Positions 30,587 through 38,418 of a stretch of 64,000 nt of DNA are shown here, one piece after another. The position numbers and the translations under genes were made by a program. Under the pieces are notes generated by a model, which worked only from the letters and a program-made list of their open reading frames with translations, was not told where the DNA came from and made no database searches. Source of the stretch: Candidatus Micrarchaeota archaeon (GTDB lineage Archaea; B1Sed10-29; B47-G15). The number at the start of each line of letters is the position of its first letter. The stretch's first letter is position 1. The stretch is taken from assembly GCA_003660975.1 (NCBI GenBank), contig QMVG01000004.1, forward strand, positions 23,836 through 87,835, in the 5' to 3' direction.

Positions 30587-30829
30587 TTATTCCTTATAGA
30601 CCCTCACGTTTTCGTGAACCTTCTGCTCAACCTTCATGCCTATGTCATCGCCTGGCTTTGCCTCTTCTATGTTTTCATGCTCTATCTGCATTGACTCAAC
30701 CTTTTGGCTGAAATCAACATTCGCTCCCTTGAAGTGGACAGTGTCTCCTACTTTTATGTTTCCTGTTACCTTTATTACTGCTACTCCTATCTTATTGAAG
30801 TAATGAGTGACAACTCCAACCTCTTCCAT
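30587..30829 (-). CDS. Translation elongation factor-like (EF-Tu domain 2 beta-barrel) protein
   Basis: VGVVTHYFNKIGVA...VGDTVHFKG...QKVESMQIEH. Confidence 0.8.
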   Translation of the reverse strand: MEEVGVVTHYFNKIGVAVIKVTGNIKVGDTVHFKGANVDFSQKVESMQIEHENIEEAKPGDDIGMKVEQKVHENVRVYKE

Positions 30830-30861
30830 GTTAAAAATTGCTGCGTAAATAGAATATAAAT

Positions 30862-31053
30862 TTAATGTATTGATAGGGATGATATTATGTCATCTATTTC
30901 CTCTAAATGCTCTGTTTTCTGCTGCCATAAAAACTTAAACTCCCTAATTATATTTTCCTCTATACAGTCGTTTATTATTCTTTCATAGCCTTGCTTTACC
31001 TCTTCCTCAGATCTCCTTATTTTCTCCATTAGCTCAAGCAGCTCAGAAGACAT
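30862..31053 (-). CDS. Small ferritin-like helix-pair protein
   Basis: 'EEEVKQGY...FKFLWQQKTEH' pattern; start overlaps the upstream stop. Confidence 0.5.
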   Translation of the reverse strand: MSSELLELMEKIRRSEEEVKQGYERIINDCIEENIIREFKFLWQQKTEHLEEIDDIISSLSIH

Positions 31054-31285
31054 GCGCATCACTCTTTTCAATAGCTTCCAGAACCTTCTCCAACCTGTCC
31101 TTGTGCTCTTCTGCCTCCTTTCCCATTTGGACAAGCAGCACGAAGACTCTCTTTCCAGAGTCAGAGCCGTCTGACCTTATTATTTCAGATGCCTGCTGGT
31201 AGAGGTCTCGCAGCGCTTCTTCATCTTTTATTAGTTTCTCTATCTCCCTGCCCAGGGCCTGCTTTTCCATGCTGTGATAAGGCAT
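31043..31285 (-). CDS. Small ferritin/rubrerythrin-like helix-pair protein
   Basis: 'EEALRDLY...MGKEAEEHKDRLE' E...ExxH-type pattern. Confidence 0.6.
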   Translation of the reverse strand: MPYHSMEKQALGREIEKLIKDEEALRDLYQQASEIIRSDGSDSGKRVFVLLVQMGKEAEEHKDRLEKVLEAIEKSDAHVF

Positions 31286-31377
31286 TACTCATATAAAACA
31301 GTGCTTTCGTCTATTGCCTGCAAAAAGTTTATATATTAGTTTATTAACTTTAATATGCCACGCAAAGAGGGAGTTAT

Positions 31378-31491
31378 ATGCAAATACCAGAAGAGGAGTT
31401 CCCTGACGAGGACTGGGACTGGGACGATGAGGATGACTTGGACATCCCTTGGGACGAGGATGACGAGTTCCTGGAGGATGAGGAGGAATAA
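31378..31491 (+). CDS. 37-aa ultra-acidic peptide
   Basis: MQIPEEEFPDEDWDWDDEDDLDIPWDEDDEFLEDEEE*; GAGGGAG SD-like and TTTATATA box upstream. Confidence 0.6.
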   Translation: MQIPEEEFPDEDWDWDDEDDLDIPWDEDDEFLEDEEE

Positions 31492-32430
31492 TTAAAGCAC
31501 TGCCTTACTGCTCAGGAAGAGCAGGTATAAGGCAAGTAGGAAGATAAAGCTTATTGCTTCCCATTTTTCAAACCTGTTTCTTATGATGCTTATTGTCATC
31601 AAGATCGAGAACGCAAGCATTATGTAAAAGTCAAGAACGTTTTTAGCAAATGAGAGAGGCAGGGCTTTTAACATTGAGGCAGTGCCAAGCACTAATAAAA
31701 TATTGCTTACATTGCTTCCTATTATGGTTCCTACTGAAACATCTCCGTAATTCTTTTTAAAGGCTGTTAATATAGTTGTAAACTCAGGAAGGCTTGTCCC
31801 AAAAGCCACTATGCCTGCACTCATTGCCCACTTGCTTATGCCAAGCAGGTAAAAAATGCTCACAACAGCATATATCACTAATCTTGCTCCAAAGTATAGG
31901 GAAAAAAGGGCAATAACCACCAATGCCACGTCCTTTACGTTTAGCTTTTCCCTTTTCACTACGTTATTAGACCTGAATATCTTTTCTTCCTTGTACAGCG
32001 TTTTTAGGTATATAAAATACAGAAGCACCATGAAGAAGCCAATTATTGATGGAATGTATCCATAAAAGCCGAGCGCGAATAGCATCAAAGCGCTTACTAA
32101 CAGCCAAACAGCGTCCCTGTCAAGCACCTTTTTTTCAAAGACCCTATATTTTTTTGCTATAAGGCCTGCAGCTATTATGAAAATGCTTATGTTGAAAATA
32201 TTGCTTCCAACGATGTTTCCAACGCTTATGCTGGCCTCTGCTTGCCAGCTTGCCAAACTGCTGACAGCCAGCTCTGGCAAGCTTGTGCCGATTGCCATTA
32301 CTGTTAGCCCAATAAAGAGCCTGCTTATGCCCAAAGCCTTTGCAATCCTGACAGCTGCGTCTACCCCGTAATCAGCGCCTTTTGCGAGCAAAGCTATTCC
32401 GATAAGCAATGTTAAAAACTCTAAAAGCAT
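31492..32430 (-). CDS. Ca2+/Na+ antiporter (CaCA, YrbG-like)
   Basis: Two alpha repeats GTSLPE...GNIVGSN and GTSLPE...GTIIGSN. Confidence 0.92.
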   Translation of the reverse strand: MLLEFLTLLIGIALLAKGADYGVDAAVRIAKALGISRLFIGLTVMAIGTSLPELAVSSLASWQAEASISVGNIVGSNIFNISIFIIAAGLIAKKYRVFEKKVLDRDAVWLLVSALMLFALGFYGYIPSIIGFFMVLLYFIYLKTLYKEEKIFRSNNVVKREKLNVKDVALVVIALFSLYFGARLVIYAVVSIFYLLGISKWAMSAGIVAFGTSLPEFTTILTAFKKNYGDVSVGTIIGSNVSNILLVLGTASMLKALPLSFAKNVLDFYIMLAFSILMTISIIRNRFEKWEAISFIFLLALYLLFLSSKAVL

Positions 32431-32542
32431 CCAATCTCCTTGGCCACTGTCTCTCAGCTTACAGCTCATTTTTAGCAGCTATTCTTATAAATAGCTTTCT
32501 ATCAAATCTTTTTATACCTGTAAGCAGATAAAAAACAACATC

Positions 32543-32626
32543 GCAGGGGTGCCGGAGTGGCCAAACGGGATGGACTCAAGATCCATTGGCTTAGTGCCTT
32601 CGAGGGTTCGAATCCCTCCCCCTGCA
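32543..32626 (+). tRNA. tRNA-Leu(CAA)
   Basis: GCAGGGG/CCCCTGC-A acceptor, ATGGA-CT-CAA-GA-TCCAT, long variable arm. Confidence 0.95.
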
Positions 32627-32912
32627 CTAGGGACCGAAGGTCCCTATTGGGGGCTTCAGTTTCGCTTAAGCCTTTAACATCGGAATAACAGGAAAGGCTT
32701 AAATCCCTCCCCCTGCACTAAGCTTTTTCCTATGAAAACTGTGGAAAAAGCTTAAGCAAAAAAGAGGGGGAGGGAAGTTTTGATGAAACTTTTGCTAAAA
32801 GTTTCAATCCCTCCCCCTGCATTGCAACGCAGCTCGTTGCATCCGCAGGCGATCTTCGATCGCCTTTGCTTAAGCCTTTGACACAGAAAGGATAGGAAAG
32901 GCTTAAATCCCT
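32627..32912. repeat. Hairpin-rich tract with repeated tRNA-Leu 3' ends and palindromic elements
   Basis: aatccctccccctgca at 32702-32717 and 32806-32821 (equals tRNA 32611-32626); palindromes at ~32664-32700, 32719-32764 and ~32868-32904. Confidence 0.85.
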
Positions 32913-32945
32913 GTGCTGTTAAAATACCAGTGAAGAGGTCAAGGC

Positions 32946-33206
32946 ATGAGGATTGAGAAGAAAATATGGCCGGAGTATTTTCAGAAAATAATTGATGGAG
33001 TCAAAACCTTTGAGTTAAGGCTGGCAGATTTTGAGTGCAGGCCTGGTGACATACTGGTTTTGAGGGAATGGGACCCAAGAACAAAAGAGTACACGGGCAG
33101 AGTTATTGAAAAGAAGGTCACTTACGTGGCCAAAAGCAAAGACATGAGGTCCTGGCCTGACGAGGACATAAGGAAATATGGGTTTCTGGTTATTGGGTTT
33201 AAATGA
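32946..33206 (+). CDS. ASCH/PUA-like (DUF3850-type) protein
   Basis: KIWPEYF..IIDGVKTFELR..D....GDILVLREW motif. Confidence 0.85.
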   Translation: MRIEKKIWPEYFQKIIDGVKTFELRLADFECRPGDILVLREWDPRTKEYTGRVIEKKVTYVAKSKDMRSWPDEDIRKYGFLVIGFK

Positions 33207-33269
33207 GCGGCGGTTGATATGTTTTCAATGGTGGCCATATGATTAGATAATCGACAAACATGCGAATCC

Positions 33270-33278
33270 TTTTTATAT
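33270..33278 (+). promoter_or_regulatory. Probable TATA box for a leaderless cas12f transcript
   Basis: TTTTTATAT ending 22 nt upstream of ATG 33300. Confidence 0.45.
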
Positions 33279-33299
33279 GTGAAAACAAGAAATAAAACG

Positions 33300-35060
33300 A
33301 TGCCATCCGAAACATACATTACGAAAACCTTGTCATTAAAACTCATTCCATCAGATGAAGAAAAGCAGGCGTTAGAAAACTATTTTATAACATTCCAGAG
33401 GGCCGTGAATTTTGCTATAGATAGAATAGTAGATATAAGAAGCTCCTTTAGATATCTAAACAAAAATGAACAATTTCCAGCCGTGTGTGATTGCTGTGGT
33501 AAGAAAGAAAAGATAATGTATGTGAATATATCCAATAAAACCTTTAAGTTTAAACCATCAAGAAATCAGAAGGATAGATACACGAAGGACATTTATACAA
33601 TCAAGCCCAATGCCCACATATGTAAGACATGCTACAGTGGCGTTGCAGGAAATATGTTTATACGCAAACAAATGTATCCGAACGATAAAGAAGGGTGGAA
33701 AGTTTCGCGTTCATACAATATCAAAGTTAATGCCCCTGGACTGACTGGAACCGAATATGCTATGGCCATACGGAAGGCAATAAGTATATTAAGATCTTTT
33801 GAAAAGCGACGAAGAAATGCTGAAAGAAGAATCATAGAGTATGAAAAGTCCAAAAAAGAGTATTTAGAATTGATTGATGATGTTGAAAAAGGAAAGACAA
33901 ATAAAATAGTGGTTCTTGAGAAAGAAGGCCATCAGCGAGTGAAAAGATATAAACACAAGAATTGGCCTGAGAAATGGCAAGGTATTTCTTTAAATAAAGC
34001 AAAAAGTAAGGTTAAAGATATTGAGAAAAGAATAAAAAAGCTCAAGGAGTGGAAACACCCTACACTAAATCGACCATATGTCGAGTTACACAAAAATAAT
34101 GTTAGGATAGTGGGTTATGAAACAGTGGAACTTAAATTAGGAAACAAAATGTACACCATACATTTTGCTAGCATATCTAATTTACGAAAACCATTTAGAA
34201 AACAAAAGAAAAAGTCCATAGAATATCTGAAACATCTCCTAACCCTAGCGTTAAAAAGAAATCTTGAAACATACCCCAGCATAATAAAAAGAGGTAAGAA
34301 TTTCTTTTTGCAGTATCCTGTGCGAGTGACAGTTAAAGTGCCTAAGCTGACAAAAAATTTTAAAGCTTTTGGCATCGATAGAGGCGTAAATAGGCTTGCA
34401 GTAGGTTGTATAATCTCAAAAGATGGAAAACTTACCAATAAAAATATTTTTTTCTTCCATGGAAAGGAAGCGTGGGCCAAGGAAAACAGATACAAGAAGA
34501 TTAGGGACAGATTATACGCTATGGCCAAGAAGTTGAGAGGAGATAAAACCAAGAAAATAAGGCTTTATCATGAGATTAGGAAGAAATTTAGACATAAAGT
34601 CAAATATTTCAGGAGAAACTATCTGCATAATATCTCTAAGCAAATTGTTGAGATTGCAAAGGAAAATACACCGACTGTCATCGTATTAGAAGATTTACGG
34701 TACTTGAGAGAAAGGACATATAGAGGAAAAGGAAGAAGCAAAAAGGCGAAAAAAACAAATTATAAATTAAATACTTTTACTTACAGAATGCTTATAGATA
34801 TGATAAAATACAAGGCAGAAGAAGCGGGAGTTCCTGTAATGATTATTGACCCAAGAAACACATCACGAAAATGTTCTAAGTGTGGTTATGTTGACGAAAA
34901 TAATAGAAAACAAGCCTCGTTTAAGTGCCTTAAGTGTGGTTATAGTCTTAATGCAGACTTAAATGCAGCTGTCAATATAGCAAAAGCTTTTTATGAATGC
35001 CCCACGTTTAGATGGGAAGAAAAATTGCATGCATATGTTTGTTCAGAGCCCGATAAATAG
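33300..35060 (+). CDS. cas12f: Type V-F CRISPR effector Cas12f (Cas14; Cas12f2/Cas14b-like), 586 aa
   Basis: RuvC-I FGIDRG, RuvC-II IVLEDL, Zn ribbon CSKC/CLKC, RuvC-III NADLNAAVNI; adjacent to anti-repeat, array and cas1/2/4; no tnpA. Confidence 0.93.
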   Translation: MPSETYITKTLSLKLIPSDEEKQALENYFITFQRAVNFAIDRIVDIRSSFRYLNKNEQFPAVCDCCGKKEKIMYVNISNKTFKFKPSRNQKDRYTKDIYTIKPNAHICKTCYSGVAGNMFIRKQMYPNDKEGWKVSRSYNIKVNAPGLTGTEYAMAIRKAISILRSFEKRRRNAERRIIEYEKSKKEYLELIDDVEKGKTNKIVVLEKEGHQRVKRYKHKNWPEKWQGISLNKAKSKVKDIEKRIKKLKEWKHPTLNRPYVELHKNNVRIVGYETVELKLGNKMYTIHFASISNLRKPFRKQKKKSIEYLKHLLTLALKRNLETYPSIIKRGKNFFLQYPVRVTVKVPKLTKNFKAFGIDRGVNRLAVGCIISKDGKLTNKNIFFFHGKEAWAKENRYKKIRDRLYAMAKKLRGDKTKKIRLYHEIRKKFRHKVKYFRRNYLHNISKQIVEIAKENTPTVIVLEDLRYLRERTYRGKGRSKKAKKTNYKLNTFTYRMLIDMIKYKAEEAGVPVMIIDPRNTSRKCSKCGYVDENNRKQASFKCLKCGYSLNADLNAAVNIAKAFYECPTFRWEEKLHAYVCSEPDK

Positions 35061-35194
35061 CAAATTTACTTATTCGGAGCCTGTTTAAGCCATTAGAAAA
35101 AGATAAATATTAAGAAGCACATAATTTATTTTGGTTACATATCACTGGATAATGAGAACAGCTGTAGATTAAGCTGTTTGATGTATTGTATTAT

Positions 35195-35311
35195 GCTCCA
35201 CTTTAATAAGTGGTGCCTTCCAAAGCTATATGCTGAGGGAGGATGGGCGCTGTTGCAGCGTCTGCCCACCTCAGAGTGGGTATCCTTACCTATTTTGAAA
35301 GGTTCTGTAAG
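35195..35311 (+). ncRNA. Putative tracrRNA (5' end uncertain, may start near 35140)
   Basis: Anti-repeat tccttacctattttgaaaggttctgtaa at 35283-35310; GTTGCA at 35252-35257 complementary to the repeat 3' end; several hairpins. Confidence 0.8.
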
Positions 35312-35402
35312 TGTTTATAAATCCGATTGCAATTTTGCAACTTACCTATTTTTAAGTTTCAGATATCTCGATAGACGCAGCAATACTCAAAAATTGTCTG
35401 CC
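35312..35402 (+). promoter_or_regulatory. CRISPR leader
   Basis: AT-rich, TTTATAAA at 35314-35321, next to the first intact repeat and opposite the degenerate last repeat. Confidence 0.6.
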
Positions 35403-36501
35403 ATTGCAGAACCCAAAGTAATAGGTCAAGGAATGCAACTGACTAAACAAAGTTTCGCTAAACTAGAAGAACAGGCCAATTGCAGAACCCAAAGTAATAG
35501 GTCAAGGAATGCAACTCAATATCAGACGCTTTATTCACTCTAGGAGCTACCCTTATTGCAGAACCCAAAGTAATAGGTCAAGGAATGCAACATTATATTT
35601 ATTGTTATGTTATCATATCTCCCAAACAAAAGTATTGCAGAACCCAAAGTAATAGGTCAAGGAATGCAACTAGGTGTTGTTAAGCGACACGGTTAGAAGG
35701 TAATCTTGATTATTGCAGAACCCAAAGTAATAGGTCAAGGAATGCAACTCGGCCTTTTTCCAGCCAAGGGCTTTTACTATTGCCCTATTGCAGAACCCAA
35801 AGTAATAGGTCAAGGAATGCAACCAAGCGAAAAGTATTTATATAACATAGGTTTGTTTCATTGCAGAACCCAAAGTAATAGGTCAAGGAATGCAACTATT
35901 CTTCCAAATTCAACACCTCCAAAATATTTATAATTGCAGAACCCAAAGTAATAGGTCAAGGAATGCAACTTGACAGCCAAGCTAGAAAGTTGTTAAACAG
36001 CTTTAATTGCAGAACCCAAAGTAATAGGTCAAGGAATGCAACTATGTTAAAATCGCTATCGGGCGTGGAAGGGGGTAGCGAATTGCAGAACCCAAAGTAA
36101 TAGGTCAAGGAATGCAACCATAGTATCCCTGCGTTTGCTCTGCAACCGCAGGTTGTCTATTGCAGAACCCAAAGTAATAGGTCAAGGAATGCAACTCTGG
36201 ATATCTGGTCCCTCCACGAAACCATCACCATCATTGCAGAACCCAAAGTAATAGGTCAAGGAATGCAACCACCTTTTGGTATAGCCCAGAAGCATCAAAA
36301 ACATGTGAAAAATTGCAGAACCCAAAGTAATAGGTCAAGGAATGCAACTCTTTTTAGCTTTTCTCGGCAGTTTATACCACATATCCTTATTGCAGAACCC
36401 AAAGTAATAGGTCAAGGAATGCAACGGTAATGTCAGCCCATCTGACGCAACGGCATTTGAGACAATTGCAGAACCCAAAGTAATAGGTCAAGGAATGCAT
36501 G
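35403..36501 (+). CRISPR. CRISPR array: 15 repeats of ATTGCAGAACCCAAAGTAATAGGTCAAGGAATGCAAC (37 bp), 14 spacers of 36-42 bp
   Basis: Repeats start at 35403, 35479, 35555, 35634, 35712, 35787, 35860, 35933, 36006, 36082, 36159, 36233, 36312, 36389, 36465; the last ends GCATG instead of GCAAC. Confidence 0.99.
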
Positions 36502-36543
36502 AGAACCACATAATTTTTAAATTGCAGGTACTTATCATTTTTT

Positions 36544-37533
36544 ATGATTTTAGTGATAAACGATTTTTCAACATTCCTGGGGAAGAAAGGGGACCGTTTT
36601 GTAATTAAAAAGGAAAATAAGCGTGAAGAATTTTCTACAAATAACGTTGAACAAATCATAATTGCTGCAGTCTCATCTATCTCCTATGGAGCTATTCGAT
36701 TGGCAATTAAACACTCTATTGATGTGGTTTTTTTAAGCAGAGGAGGTACTCCTTTAGGCAGGATATACCCCTGTAAACTCGGTGGAACAACCTTAACGAG
36801 AAAAAAACAATTAGAGGCTTATTATTCAACAGTTGGTACAAACATCGTAAAAAATCTCGTTAAAGCAAAGATTATGAACCAAGCCTATTTTTTGAAGTCT
36901 TTAGAAAAAACAAGAAAAGATATTAATTTCACTTCTGAAATTAACAGCATTGTTAATATTGCTAAAAAGATTCCAGGTCTCACAGGTCTAATAGATGATA
37001 TACGGGGAACTTTATTGGGATATGAAGGCATTGCAGCCAACAAATATTTTAGTTCCTTGTCTAACATACTACCATTTAAAGGAAGGGACAGAACAAGTAA
37101 TGATTACGTAAATATTGTATTGAATTATGGATATGGTGTTCTGTACACGGAAGCAGAGAAAGCGTGTATTCTAGCAGGTCTTGATCCATATTTCGGTTTT
37201 TTGCACAAAGATAGGTACAACAAACCTTCAATGGTATTGGACCTTGTGGAAATATTTAGACCAATCATAGTGGACAGGGCAGTTGTTACTTTGTTTTCCC
37301 AAAAACAGATAAATTCGAAGTGTTTTGAGAAAGAAACATATGGGGATGTTTTTTTAAGTAAAGAGGGTAGGGAAAAAATCTTATCTGCTCTTCTATCTCG
37401 CCTCAATCAGCAGATACGCTTTAAAGGTAAGAAAACAAGCTTTAAAAACATCATATTAGGAGAAAGCCGTTCTATAGCTCAATATGTTCTTGGTAATATA
37501 CCAGAATATGAGCCGTTTGTTTATAGGTGGTAA
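36544..37533 (+). CDS. cas1: CRISPR-associated integrase Cas1
   Basis: LLGYEGIAANKYF, NIVLNYGY, GLDPYFGFLH, LDLVEIFRPIIVD. Confidence 0.97.
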   Translation: MILVINDFSTFLGKKGDRFVIKKENKREEFSTNNVEQIIIAAVSSISYGAIRLAIKHSIDVVFLSRGGTPLGRIYPCKLGGTTLTRKKQLEAYYSTVGTNIVKNLVKAKIMNQAYFLKSLEKTRKDINFTSEINSIVNIAKKIPGLTGLIDDIRGTLLGYEGIAANKYFSSLSNILPFKGRDRTSNDYVNIVLNYGYGVLYTEAEKACILAGLDPYFGFLHKDRYNKPSMVLDLVEIFRPIIVDRAVVTLFSQKQINSKCFEKETYGDVFLSKEGREKILSALLSRLNQQIRFKGKKTSFKNIILGESRSIAQYVLGNIPEYEPFVYRW

Positions 37534-37535
37534 TT

Positions 37536-37820
37536 ATGATATATTGGGTGATTTATGACATCACAGACAATAAAGTTAGAAGCAAGGTTGCCGAGGAGTG
37601 CAAGAACTTGGGGTTACATCGAGTCCAAAAAAGTTCTTTTATTGGCATTCTCTCTAGAAATACAGCCGAGATGTTATATATTAAAATAGGGGATTTAATT
37701 GATAAAAGAGATTGTGTGTTCTTTATTCCACAATGTAACAAATGTTTTGCAGACAAACTTATTCTTGGCGATTTTGATGAAAGGACTGTAGAAGCAAAAG
37801 ATTTCATCGTGGTGCAATGA
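37536..37820 (+). CDS. cas2: CRISPR-associated Cas2
   Basis: VIYDITDNKVR...GLHRVQKSSF. Confidence 0.95.
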   Translation: MIYWVIYDITDNKVRSKVAEECKNLGLHRVQKSSFIGILSRNTAEMLYIKIGDLIDKRDCVFFIPQCNKCFADKLILGDFDERTVEAKDFIVVQ

Positions 37821-38410
37821 CAACGATGGATGGTTATTTAACTGCTAAGGATTTAATGAACTTTCATTATTGTAAAAGATTAATATATTTTGAGAATGTA
37901 TTGAAAATTAAACAAGCTACAACCACCAAAGAACTAAAAGGTCGCGCATTACACAACAGTTTTTCTGTATCATCAAAGAGAACCAAGATAATAAAGGAGT
38001 TTCCATATTGGCCTAAGATATATAATCTTAGATTAAAATCAGATTTTTTGCACCTTATAACTACATTAGACTGCTTGATTATAAACCAAACAGATAATGA
38101 GGCATTTCCGCTGGAATACAAATATTCCAAAAAACCACGCAAGATTTATAAAACCATGAAATTGCAACTGTCTCTTCAAGCCCTTCTCGTAAATGAACTT
38201 TTACATTATAGTGTGAAGTTTGGTTTCATAAAGTTTTCCAAAGACAATTCTTTGGCCAAAGTAAGCATAACAGATAGAGATTTAGAAGAAGTGAGAACGA
38301 CTATATCTGAGGTTAATACAATAGTAGAGAAGGAGATTTTACCTCCACCCACCGAATATAAAAAAAGATGTATTGACTGTTGCTATTTCAATATATGCAA
38401 AGGAATCTAA
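37817..38410 (+). CDS. cas4: CRISPR-associated Cas4
   Basis: YCKR...G..LH, D...EYK, QL, C-terminal CIDCCYFNIC Fe-S Cys cluster. Confidence 0.93.
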   Translation: MTTMDGYLTAKDLMNFHYCKRLIYFENVLKIKQATTTKELKGRALHNSFSVSSKRTKIIKEFPYWPKIYNLRLKSDFLHLITTLDCLIINQTDNEAFPLEYKYSKKPRKIYKTMKLQLSLQALLVNELLHYSVKFGFIKFSKDNSLAKVSITDRDLEEVRTTISEVNTIVEKEILPPPTEYKKRCIDCCYFNICKGI

Positions 38411-38418
38411 ACACCCTC

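Noticed and set aside
33300-35060. Calling the RuvC protein an IS200/IS605 TnpB
   Set aside because: No tnpA or IS ends, larger than typical TnpB, and directly linked to an anti-repeat, array and cas1/2/4
35440-36464. Self-targeting spacers
   Set aside because: No match to the window noticed by eye; an exhaustive alignment was not possible
35178-36659. Track ORFs 35178-35543, 35706-35933 and 36387-36659
   Set aside because: Translations of the tracrRNA region and CRISPR repeats
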